Below are positions 18,332 through 29,956 of a DNA stretch of 33,412 nucleotides, piece by piece. Under the pieces are notes generated by a model. The model was not told the origin of the DNA and searched no databases. It saw only the letters and a program-made list of their open reading frames with translations. Positions within the stretch are counted from its first letter, which is position 1, and each line of letters starts with the position of its first letter. A program made the translations under genes and the position numbers. Source of the DNA: Ministeria vibrans ATCC 50519 (taxonomy: Eukaryota; Protista; Filasterea); NCBI GenBank assembly GCA_943704425.1, contig CALSCP010002383.1, forward strand, positions 18,738 to 52,149, written 5' to 3'.

Positions 18332-19696
18332 TTAAATCATTGCCTGAAGCGCCATTTCAACAAACATTTCATAGCTCGTTTGAATGACACCAGTCTAAAA
18401 GTAGCAACGTAACAGCGTAACAGAAAAAGAAAGGAAGGTGGGAGGAAGAAAGAAACAAATTGATACAGTGTGTGTGAGAGAGAAAGGAGAGAGAAAGAAA
18501 CAAAGTGATACAGTGTGTGTGAGAGAGAAAGGAGAGAGAAAGAAACAAAGTGATACAGTGTGTGCGAGAGAGAAAAGAGGGAGAGAAAGAAACAAAGTGA
18601 TACAGTGTGTGTGAGAGAGAAAGGAGAGAGAAAGAAACAAAGTGATACAGTCTGTGTGAGAAGTAACGCATTATTAAGAGGATTAGGGGGTTTTCTGGCG
18701 TACTCTGGATGTGTCCTTTTCTTGGAAGACACGCGTGAGACGACTGAGGCTGACGCAACAAAAGATAAACGCATCGAAATGGATCGAGGTCTGTCGAGGT
18801 TTGGCAAAGCGACGCACAAAGAGATCGATGATGGCGGGAGAGAGACGGTAGCCAAAGGAGGCGAGTGCCGTGTTGAGCTCATTGCGATCAATCGTGCCAC
18901 TGCGGTCCTGGTCAAACCGGTCAAACGTTGCCCGCCAGTCAGAAATGTATTTCCAGAGCCCTTAACAAATATGAAGAATTATTATGATGATGAATAATTG
19001 TGTGTGGGTGTTCAGTTGTTTACTCACCAGCAAACTCGTCGAATGAAATTGCGTTGTTTTGGTCCTTGTCGAAGAGGGAGATCATCAGTTTGCATGTTTC
19101 AATGGAGAAGGGAGACCAGTTGCCGTTCATGAGAGCCTAAAAAATTCAAATTGAATGAATATTATAATAATTATTTTATTTATCGATCGAATGAATCGAA
19201 ATGAACCTGTTGAAGCTCCTCGGCGGAAATAGCGCCGCTTCTGTCGGTATCCACAGCCATGAACCACATACGCAGCTGGGGGTCGACTTGTGGGGCGGGG
19301 GGAGCGGCGGGCGGATAGGTCTGGTGCGGCGGACGCTGTGCAGGGGGCGGGTAGCCCTGCTGCTGCTGCTGTGGGGGCGGCGGGTACTGCTGCCCGCCGT
19401 AGTGCTGCGCGGGAGGAGGGTACTGCGGTGCATGAGGAGTGAGGTTTAGTTTTTATTGGGATGCGATGACGTTTCATTTGTGTGTGAGTGTGAGTGTGGC
19501 GTACTTGCTGCTGCTGCTGCTGCGGCGGCGGCGCACCCCATCCCGTCTGCTGCTGCTGCTGCTGCTGCTGCTGGTGGTGCGGGGGAGGTGCGCCCCATCC
19601 CGTCTGCTGTTGCTGCTGTGCTGGCGGTGCTCCCCATCCGCCCTGCGCCCCACCCGCCGGTGCCGTGCCGTACGACGGTGTTCCCGAAAACGCCAT
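18332..19696 (-). CDS. PEF1: Penta-EF-hand Ca2+-binding protein (peflin/ALG-2 family) with G/P/Q/Y-rich N-terminus
   Basis: Exons 19696-19505, 19422-19207, 19136-19028, 18960-18704 and 18394-18332. Motifs [73 protein letters not shown] and FGYRLSP. N-terminal GWGAPP/YPPP repeats. Confidence 0.9.
18451..18662. repeat. 45-bp tandem minisatellite (about 4.6 copies) containing AAACAAAGTGATA
   Basis: Units start at 18451, 18496, 18541, 18588 and 18633, in the last PEF intron. Confidence 0.95.
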
Positions 19697-19828
19697 GGAA
19701 ATCTGAAAGCGACCAACGACTATCGAATAAAGATGATATTTTTATTCGTTTGAATCCGTTTCAGAATTATCACAACTCACAAGAATCAGAGAAAATTCAG
19801 TTCGTTTGATAACTTTTACTCGATTTCC

Positions 19829-21206
19829 ATGCTCTCCCGCTTTGTTCGCTCTGCCGCGCGTGCCGCGGGCCCCACGCGCCTTGCGCTGCGCGCCATGCCA
19901 GCGTCTGCCACAGGCGGTATGGCCACGAGTGTCGTGCGGCGCTACTCGGCAGCGCGCTCTGCGCCTGCGCCGTCTGATCAGAGCGCGTCGATCGCCGCCG
20001 ACATTGCCGACATGCGCGAAACGCTCAGCGAGGCGTACCAGACCTATCTGGAAGACAGCTACGACGACAGCGAGGCCGACGAGGCTGACCCAGCGCCCCT
20101 CGTCCAGGGCTTTGCCCCTATGTTCTCCGGCAAGGCTGTGATTGACGGAAAGGTGCGATCACACGCGACATAATAATATGATCTTGCCTTCTGATTCATA
20201 TTGTGTCTCTTTCGTTTAGATTCAAGAATTTGACTTCTCTGAGTTCGCAAGCGACAAAATGGTCGTCCTCTTCTTCTACCCGCTTGACTTTACCTTTGTC
20301 TGCCCAACTGAAGTAGGATTTTTGTCGAAAGCAGTTTGAAAAGAGAGAGAGAGAAGAGAGAGAAAAAAAAAAACAAAAAGAAAAAGTTGAATTTTGATCT
20401 TAACTCGGCGTTTGTTTCAGATTACTGCGTTTAGCGATCGCGTCGAGGAATTCCGCAAGCTTGGCGCGGAAGTAGTTGCTGTCTCGGTGGACTCGGTGCA
20501 CTCGCACCTGGCGTGGACCAAGCAGGCGCGCAGTGCGGGCGGACTGGGTGCCATGAACATCCCCCTCGTCTCAGACATCACGAAGGAGATCTCGCGCAGC
20601 TACCAGGTGCTCCTTGAAGACGAAGGCATCTCTCTCCGGTACCAACATACACACACTCTCTACTGCCGCCACCATCATCATACACTCCACCACCCTCACA
20701 CCTTATATACACACTACCACCCGACATCACACTCTTCACCACCACCACATGTTACACTCTACCACCTTCACACCATACTCACACTGCCACCACATCACAC
20801 TCTTCACCACCACCACATGTTACACTCTACCACCTTCACACCATACTCACACTGCCACCACATCACACTCTTCACCACCTTCACACCATATACACACTAC
20901 CACCATCACATCACACTCTTCATCACCACCATCGCCTACAACAACAAAATAACTAAAAATAACGATTAATTATTCTACTTTTTGTGCAGTGGACTGTTCA
21001 TCATTGACGCACAGGGCAAAATCCGCCAACAGACAGTCAACGATCTTCCCATTGGCCGTTCCGTCGATGAGACCCTCCGTCTCGTGCAGGCCATCCAGTT
21101 CGCAGACACTCACGGCGAAGTCTGCCCCGCCAACTGGGCCCCTGGAAAGCCCACCATTGACACGGCCAACGCCAACAAGTTCTTTTCCGCTCAAAAAGAT
21201 AACTGA
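19829..21206 (+). CDS. PRDX3: Typical 2-Cys peroxiredoxin with mitochondrial-type presequence (PRDX3-like)
   Basis: Exons 19829-20152, 20220-20312, 20421-20638 and 20990-21206. Peroxidatic motif [24 protein letters not shown] and resolving motif GEVCPANW. The N-terminus [13 protein letters not shown] is Arg/Ala/Ser-rich and lacks acidic residues. Orthology to animal PRDX3 is not proven. Confidence 0.92.
20645..20935 (+). repeat. CA-rich intronic minisatellite (about 69-bp units)
   Basis: Repeated caccttcacaccatactcacactgccaccacatcacactcttcaccacc in peroxiredoxin intron 3. Confidence 0.85.
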
Positions 21207-21310
21207 AAAATGAAGCAATGAACTAATGAAACTAGTTTTTTCTTTTGTTGGTATTGATATAATAATTATTCTGTCATTTGTCTGCAGAGTACTTTGTTGT
21301 GCTTCCTTCG

Positions 21311-21344
<34 letters not shown>

Positions 21345-21519
21345 TAGCTGAAAGGGCCAGAACTCATTTCTAGGCTATAGAAGCGTCAACTCATGTCGCC
21401 AAGAGGATGCGATAAGAACATTAGAAAAGATCATTGGGTGTGGGACTTCACATTGTGTCACATTTGTGAGTTTGATTGTTTGTTTCATTTTCATATTTTC
21501 ATATTTTTTAATATTCAAA

Positions 21520-23881
21520 ATGGAGTACGCTAAGGTAAGCACGCGCCACTCCTCACAATGCTGTCCTGACCATTGCCCACTCGCGTCTCCAAATAATCAT
21601 AAAAACAACAAAATTAATGTTAATGTAGGAAAATCGATTGTCGTCCAACTCGACGGATTCCAATTCCTCAGAAATCGCTCTTCTCGAGACGCCCCGACTC
21701 TTATCGCGGCGCCAGTCGTCCAGGTCAAAGACTAGCATGATTAGTTGGGTAAGCAAGGAGTCGTGTTTGGCGTCATAGTGTCGTTTTTGCGCTGCAAGTG
21801 TCATCTGAAACATTTTTCGTGCGCCTAAAAAGTGTCTTTTTAATCGCTTGTGTGTCAGCGCCAAGTCGTTCTTGTTGCACCAACTGTAACTAGTTTGCCA
21901 CACCAGAGACAGTCAAAGTATTTTGCACAGCGTTTGAGTCCTATTTCGGTCTTTGTGGAGTGTGAACTTGTGAACTTACCAAAAAATCAACAATGATAAA
22001 ATCACAAACGTAATACTATTAATATTCTGTACACTCTCTCACAGCCTACAGGAACACGGCGCTTGAGCACACTGTCATCCATCGACCATATGCCGGTGGA
22101 AATTCTTGTTCACATCTTCCAATTCCTGTCGTACACAGATCGCGCGGAATGCGCCAAAGTGTCGCGCGTAAGAATATACTCAGTTATTCAGTGTGCAGTG
22201 GGGTAGTGCAGGGCGCTCTGCGCCTTTCTTCCCGACGAGGGAGGGGGTTTTTTGTGCATTAGTCTATGGTTTACGTATTGTGGTGCCTTTTGTTTCGTGT
22301 TTTGTCTTGTTTTGCAACATTGATTAATTTTTTCTAATCATATTCACAATAACATAATAATCTCAAACGACTCAACATTGAATGGTCTATCTCTCACTTC
22401 AGCTTTGGTACCACGTCGCCATGGACGGTATCCTATGGCAACAATTCTGCGTCAGTCAATTTCAGCGAAATATTGATTCATCTGTTATTGAATCAGTCTC
22501 TTCTCGTGCCTCAACTTTCCTTCAGTCAGAAAATCGAAAAAAAAAACAACACATTACACAACACAAAAAAGAGTCACTTAAACTTTCTTGTTAGGGTTGT
22601 AAACTTGGAAGGCTGCCGACATGTGGTCGACGGCGACATCGTCTCGCTGACGCACGTGTGCCGTCGCATCAGACGTCTCTCGGTGCGCGGCTGTCACTTA
22701 CTGACACGCACTGCGCTCGAAGCGGTCACTCTGCACTGCCCCCAGCTTACGCATCTTTCCTTTGCAAAGTGTCACCGACTCACCGACTGTGTGCCCTCTA
22801 TTGCTCTTGGCTGTCCTCTCTTGCAATCTGTTGATTTCAGTTTCTGCCCCAAAGTCTCAAGCTCGCTCATAGAAAATGTCGTGTGCTCACCCGATCACGA
22901 ACAAACGACGCCAAGCACCACATTCAGTCAACTGCACACCCTCAAAGTGAGCCATTGCCAGCGCATCAGCGACCGCGCACTCACTGCGCTCGGCCAACAT
23001 TGCCCCCTCCTGCACACACTCAATCTTCAAATGTGTCGCAGAGTCACCGACACGGGACTCTCTGCCCTCTTCCCTCTCATTTCCACCCTGCGAATTGTCA
23101 ATCTGTCGCATCTAAAGCGCATCACAAACCAATCAGTGGCACATCTCATTCAACAGTCGCCCCGCTTACGCTCATTGCGTCTCTCCAACTGTGCTCTCCT
23201 CTCCGACTCTCTCTTCTCTCTTCTCCACAGCTCATTCCCTCGTTTATCCCACCCATCCCTCTCCTTCCTTTCCCTCTCGGACTACCCCTCCCTCTCCGAC
23301 CGCTCAATTGCCCTCTTTCCCCAACTCTTTCCCTCTCTCCGCTCATTGGCTCTCTCGTCGTGCGACTCCCTCTCCGACTCGGCTCTCTCCGCTCTCATTG
23401 CCTCTCCTCAGCTCAACTCTCAATGGCACACACTCTCTCTCGACGGATGTATCAATCTCTCTGATTCCTCCCTTTCTGTCATTTCTCAACACGCTAACAA
23501 TCTGAAAAAGGTCACCAGAGCGAAAAACAAACATAGTTGTTCTTATATTTGTACATTTTTATTTTCGCAGTTGGACATTTTTGATTGTCGACTGATCTCC
23601 CAATCAGCAGTGGATTTGCTGAAGCGGAATTTTGGCTCAAAACTGAAGGTACAAATTATTTTATTAAATTATTCTCTTTATTAATAATAATAATAATAAT
23701 AATAATTATTATTATTATTATTATTATTATTAATTTTTCGTACTATTCTCTTTTTATCACTTGCATTGCATTTTAGTTACGGTCATTTGTGATTCCATTG
23801 CCTGAAAGAGTCAATCATGACCCGAATCCCAATCAAAATGGGCCCAATCGGAATTTAGTTCGTCATTGCACAATCTTGTAA
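21520..23881 (+). CDS. F-box/LRR protein, FBXL2/FBXL20-like, with C-terminal CaaL box
   Basis: Confident exons 22045-22167 (F-box MPVEILVHIFQFL...CAKVSR), 22403-22524 (WYHVAMDGILWQ...FQRNID), 22595-23510 (Cys-containing LRRs), 23571-23648 and 23777-23881 (ends CTIL*). The 5' exons 21520-21534 (MEYAK) and 21629-21748 are tentative. Confidence 0.85.
23682..23729. repeat. (AAT)n(ATT)n AT-rich palindrome
   Basis: About 24-bp self-complementary arms with no spacer, in the last FBXL intron. Confidence 0.85.
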
Positions 23882-24047
23882 TAAACCTGAAGTGGAAAAT
23901 CAGTGGAATAAGAATGATAACAAAGTTCAAGACGCACTAGTAAAAGACATTTATAAGATATCTCTAAAAAAAAGATATAATTATTATTATGCTTATAATT
24001 TATACAGATTTCATTGGTAGTACTGTCAAGTCTGTGAGTGCTATCTG

Positions 24048-24894
24048 TCATAGCTTTGAGGAGTGCAGAGAAGCGACAAAGCGAGTGACTGCGTCTGTGT
24101 ACTCTTCTGAGTGCGATTTGAGAAGGGCACAGTGTGCGCCAGAGTCAAACTCAACGACAGTTGCGTTGCGGCAGTGTGATGGAGTGAGTTGTGAAAAACG
24201 GCGGACAGTCGAGGAAGGAGCGACGTTGTCGGAGGAAGAGCACAGATAGAGAGAGGGCAGAGATTGGATTTGCGGGTGCTTGAGAATCGCATCGAGTTGG
24301 GCGCGTCGACGAGGGCCATCGATAGCCTCGACAAAAGTGCCACCAAGAGAGATCATTGCTTTGGCAAGCGGGTTGATGTTGAGGTTGTCGACGGCGGCGA
24401 GACCGCTCGAGCGGGTAAACGACACGGGCGCTGAGTCGTAGACAATGCCGCGCACCCGCGCCATGAGCCGCTTGTCCTTGATCAGATGTGGAAGGTAGAT
24501 AGAGGGGCTGCCGCTGAACATGTGGAGCAGAATGAATGAATCGGGCGTCTAGCGTCCCCAAAAGTAAAGTTAGTAAGAGGTTACGTTTGTATATTTTACG
24601 ATCAGTAATAATTATTATAATAACACAACATACCAAGTTTGAGTCTGAAACATTCCCTTTGAATATTTCGTCCGAGTGTGTGCGAGGAAACCAGAGATCT
24701 TTGACAGTAGGAAGCACAGTGACAACACGAAAGCCAAGCGACGTGTACAGCTGCTCGTGGCGAGCGAGAGCGCGTCGAGAGGCGTCTAAAGAGCGCAGTG
24801 TCAACATTCGACTTGAATACGAATTTCAAAAGAACAAACGAGCCTTTTGGCCCTTCTTCTTACTTGTCCATCCAAAAAGAACCAGTGTCATCAT
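24048..24894 (-). CDS. DUF829/TMEM53-like alpha/beta-hydrolase-fold protein
   Basis: Exons 24894-24864, 24785-24634 and 24548-24048. Motifs LVLFGW, LLHMFSG, GIVYDSAP, SLYLCSSSD and FDSGAHCALL...Y. Confidence 0.8.
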
Positions 24895-25027
24895 GGTCTC
24901 ATTAGGTCAAATGTGCAAATAAAAGATTGCTGAATGAATATTCAAAAATTAATAACTGAAACTCAAAGTCAAAGAGTCAAAACAAAAACGAATCCCAACT
25001 CATTTAAAATATTCTTTCCGTCTCTTC

Positions 25028-28000
25028 ATGATGTCTCGCTCGCATCTGATCGCAATGCTAGTAATGGCACTGCTACTTTTCGACGCGACGCGTGGTATGC
25101 CCATCGATGAAGAGCGCATGCAACTGAGCAGCAGTGACAGCACCACTGATCAGGACACCCCGTCCCAGCCCGATTTGTCCCCTCCCTCTCCTCTAATCGA
25201 CCTGTCGCCTCCTGCCGCTGCCGCTGAAGAGCCTGATCTCTCCCCACCACCACCCCAGCAGCAAGAGAAGCATGAACTCTCGCCACCGCCGCCGCAGGAG
25301 CGAGAGGAGCAAGAAGACCTTTCTGCGCTGCGCTCCTCTCCTCCCTCTCCTCCTCTACCGCTCTCTTCGCCTCCCCGTCCTGCCATCAGCACACCCTCTG
25401 TTGCTACCGTGCCCCCATCCACTCGATTTGCTCAGCTCAAAGACTTCTTCCACGGCAGCCAGACGAGCACAGCGTCCTTCGTGGGTGCGGGTGCGCCCGT
25501 CCCCACTGCTGACCAGCTGCCCGACGCCTTTGTCGACGTCAACCCCTTCATGCTCACTTCGAGCCCCATCGGCAGCTCACCCGATGCCGAGCCCATTCGT
25601 GTCATGGACGTGCTCTGGCACGCGCTGCACAGTGGTGCGCCCACCGAAGTTGCGAGTGTCAAGTTGCCTCTGGGGACCTTCTACGATGATGTACTCTCAG
25701 AGATCACAAAGGCTCCCAACCACGACCACACTGCTTCTTCCACCTCCTACCATCCGCGATCCATTCTCGAAATTGGCGCTGTGAGTCAAGTCACACTGAA
25801 ACTCGCTGATCGCTTTCCTCACACCACCGCGCTGGCGCTCTCACTTCCTTCGCCTCATATCAACGCCTCTCTCGCTTTCCGCAACACCCACGGCCTCCGC
25901 AACGTCTACATGAGCGTCTCGCCTTCACTCACAGCTCTTCGTGCCGCCATCGATTCACTCTACAGCGAACCAAGCGTCTTCTTCGACGAAGTGCTCATCA
26001 CCAATCTGACGGGTCTTGTCGACACTCAGCTCCCCCACGAATTCTCCGTCATGCTTGCCAAAATTCTCTCCCTCGGTCGTCGCACCTTTGTCTTTAAACA
26101 GCCTCTTGACGCCGACAAAGCGCCTCTCACCTACGCCTTCTTTCGCTCGTGGGACTCGCTCGAGGCCATCGTCGACGACGCACTAGCCCTCCTCGACGCA
26201 GCCAACATGACAGCCGTGCGCAAACAGGGCGACTCGAGCTACTATGGCTATGGTGCAAAGTCGTCTCTCTTCAATGGCGTCGTCGTTACGACACACACGC
26301 TTGATCGAGAAGTACCCACCGAAGAATATATTTTTAAAGAATAAGACATTATTGACTTTTCTGTGTGTGTTTTTTGTGTCGTGTGTAGGTGCGCTGTCCG
26401 GTCGAAGAGAAAATCAATCCTGACGCGTTGCCTGAAGAGCGATTTAGAGCGGAACGGGCAGAAGAGGAAGAGGAAGAAGAGGAAGGAGAAGACGAAGAAG
26501 TAAAAGAAGGAGAAGGAGAAGAAGAAGATGAGAGTGCAGGAGGAGAAAAAGGGGAAGGAGAAGGACAAGAGGGAGAAGAAAGTCAGACAAACAGTCGCGC
26601 GCGATCAACCGACTGCACTCTACGGTTCAATGGAAATTCTCTGCGTATCTTGTTCTCTTTTTATCCTGCTAGTGCTGCTGCTGCAACTGCGCCAACTGTG
26701 TCGTCTTCAGATGAAGTGCGTGCGGGAGTAGTGTCGTTGCAGGCGCTCTTGCGTCTTCCCTTGGTGCGCCAAGATCGTCGCTTCCTTTTTCGACAGTTGC
26801 TTGATTCCTCCGTCGAGTGGCTTCGTGTGGGTCTCGACTCACTTGCGCTCTCGGGGGACGCCCTGGTTCCGCTTCGACTTGGTCTGCCGTCTTCCACCGC
26901 CTCCTCTGACTCCAGTCCTTCACCAGGAATGCGCCATTTGCTGTCGCTCAAGACCTCGGCACAGTCTGAGGCACTTTTTGACTGGCTCTGGCGACTTATT
27001 GGCTCTGAATTGGCCTTAGAACGGCCTAACGGCGATTTCACCGCACTCGTTTATGGCGGTCAAATGTCCCTTGTCTCCGTAAAACTCTCACGCGAGTACC
27101 CCACGTCCACAGTACTCACAGCCCTTCCAGCATACGACGGAGCACACCACTCAAAACACGCGCGACTTGCATCCCAGCTGGTCCTCGCGCACAATTGGCT
27201 TTTCCAAGCCGAACTCACCCTTCCACGGGCACAACGTCTTGCGGCTCTACCTGATCTTCTTCAGTACCAGCTTCTCAGTCTTGATGTGTTCACTGCGCTG
27301 CTTTCAGTGCGTTCCGCCGACAGTTTTATTCACCATTTGGGCCTCATTCTCTCAATGGCTCGCACGACTTTCATCGAACTGCCCGAGCCTGCGCGTCTCT
27401 TTGCCTCTCTCCGTGTCATCATGCGGGGCACTGCCACTCACAACAACAACAACAACAACAACAGTAACGGCAACAGTGACTCGGACAACGACGAAATGGC
27501 TCGTCTCGTCGTTTCCCTTGCCGACGAACTCGCGCTCCTTCCTGCGCTACTGCGTCGCGCCGCCCATCGTGTCAACATTAATGAGTTTGCTGTGCGCGTC
27601 CTCAGCGACACACACGACATGATTCATCACGGTCGTGCGCTCGTTCGCTTTGACTTGGTCACCGTTGCACGTCCCGTCGCCTTTGACTGTGCACACTCCG
27701 TTGTCAAAATGTCCGTGATGGCGGGCATGGGCGCTACTCTCGGTGAGATTCCTTTACACCGTGCTGGCGAGGCCATTTCGCTTACATACGCCCTTGAGCT
27801 TGGTCCCAGTGCCTCTTCCTTTGCCCATCTGTTTTCCCAGTACCTATTACTGCCTCTGCACACCAACATGTGTCCACTCAACGTCGTACTGCGCCAGGGT
27901 CGTCTCCTCTACGAAGATTTCACACGAGACCATGGCCACGATCAGACTCCACATGACGACCCTACCGAAACCTCCGAGTCATCATCTTCTTTCCTTGAAG

Positions 28001-29150
28001 ACGACCACACCGACTTTTACGACGCACAAACACGCACGCTGGTTGCCACTCTCAAGCCCCACTTGCAGCTCCCACAGCCCTTCTCCTTCCTCGAATATGA
28101 CACCCGCCTCAACAACGTCTCGCTGCTCCTCGCTTCAGCCTTCCCTCGCTCCACATTTCTTTCACTTGTCACCTCCTCTCCACGACACGCCGCCGCTCAC
28201 TATGCCGCCGCTCTGTCCACCAACACAACCAACATTGCTGTGTGCCACCCGAGCAGTCTCACCCAAGTTGTCGACAATCTCTTTGAGTCACCTGAGTTTC
28301 TTCGTTTCCAGCTTGTCAATCGCGATGCTTTCCTGTCGCTTGTTCTATCTCAATCCCGCGTTGCCTTCAATACACTCCTTGGCAAAATGGTCAGCACTGG
28401 TGCAACAAGCTTCTTCCAGGTCCCCTCAGCCGCAATGCTCTCCCTTGCCATTACCACACTCTTCCCCAAGTTTGTCCTGGGCCCCATGGGCACCACCACT
28501 GCTACCAGACTCTTTCTGCTCGACTCTCACCCTCTGCCACTCTTTGAAGAGTCCGAAAAGCGTCTGTTTGGCGAGAGTGCGCGTGCGGACACACTCAACA
28601 CGACCGTCGCGGTGAGCACACATCTCCCTACGCCCTTGGCCTTCCCCCACGCCCAGCGTGTGTACCAGCAGCACTCGGGCGCACTCGGCCACGGCTGGGC
28701 TCTCCTTCGTGTCGATGCACTCAACGTCTCCACTGTCGTTCACCATCACTTTGACTATCGTCTCGACGGCCACACTCGCACGTACATCCAGACGTGTGTG
28801 CGCGAATTGGATGTCACAAGCCGCACCAGCGCCTCTAGCAATGCGTCTCCAAAGTTCACCACAAACGTGTCGCTTGTGCGTAGCTCGGACGGTTTCCGCA
28901 TTCCCTTTGACACAATCAAGAGCGTCACACTCATTGCACTCTTGCGAATGGGTCTCATTGAGTCTCAAAAAGATCTCTTCTACGCAAAGTTCCTTCAGAT
29001 GCCACTCTATGAAGGTAAATGAGAGAGACAGAATGAGAAGCAAAGTGATAGAGAGAGAGAAAGAGAGAGTGGAGGCAGAAATAATTAATTGATAGAGAGG
29101 GGAGAAAGAGACAACGTAATAGGGAGAGTGAGAGAGTCGCAAAGATTGAG

Positions 29151-29229
<79 letters not shown>

Positions 29230-29884
29230 AGATGAGTGCGTCTTGATCGATACACTTTAAAAAACAGTGCCGCCACACAAAAATGAAAATATAACACACA
29301 TACACTTTCTCCTTCTCTCGTAGATATGGCACCGTGGAACATTGTGTTTGATGGAGGTGCACTGGCGTACATTGACTATGACTCACGCGACATTACTCTT
29401 GATAAGATGATTAAGGCAGCTTATCAAGTAACATCAGACAGCGCAACACAATGTTGTACGCAAACGCATGAAATAAATTTTTTTTTAGGTGATGGGAATG
29501 TTATTGAACTACGAACGGACGGTGAGCGATTTTGGGAGATGCAAAGGGAAAGGACACAACGCACTGTCACTGCCATTTGTCTCGTCGTGTGTGGGCGACC
29601 AGCCGGACACGACAGCGCACTGCACACAAACCACACATCCCGTTGCGTGTGGCGACGCACAGTGCTATCCGACTTACATTGAGTGTCTGCGCGCGCTCAG
29701 TGCACTTGAACAGGCAAAGCTCGTCGCGTCCCCCTCGTCCCTTCGTCCTTCGACTACTACGAGTAGTAGCACCGGTTCCAATGAATTTGTGCAATTGTTG
29801 ATCCGCAGTCAAACTGCATCGCCTAAACAACCCAAGGGCGAATCGGTTTGGTCGTTTGATCGACAGGGATTTCTCAACCTTTGA
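25028..29884 (+). CDS. Large signal-peptide protein with three tandem methyltransferase-like/kinase-like modules and a Cys-rich C-terminus; function unknown
   Basis: Exons 25028-26311, 26389-29014, 29324-29427 and 29489-29884, phase-consistent, about 1,470 aa. N-terminal hydrophobic signal, DLSPP repeats, three internally similar units, and a spliced YEDMAPWN...YIDYD kinase-like motif. Confidence 0.8.
29155..29227. repeat. (GA)n microsatellite
   Basis: In intron 29015-29323; a caaagtgatagagag unit lies at about 29041. Confidence 0.9.
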
Positions 29885-29956
29885 GTTGATTTGTACTTAA
29901 TGACTATACTTATGATGATCTTTATACATGGGAGGGGCGTTGCTTACAAAAGGAAA

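Noticed and set aside
18451-18662. Regularly spaced repeats that might suggest a CRISPR array
   Set aside because: Whole units are near-identical with no unique spacers, there are no cas genes, and the array sits in a eukaryotic intron
20640-20969. His/Thr-rich ORF continuation in the peroxiredoxin
   Set aside because: Read-through into an intronic CA-rich minisatellite; splicing restores the conserved LRGLFIID
21553-21903. 116-aa minus-strand ORF
   Set aside because: No recognisable motif, non-ATG start, and better explained as antisense to the tentative 5' exons of the F-box gene
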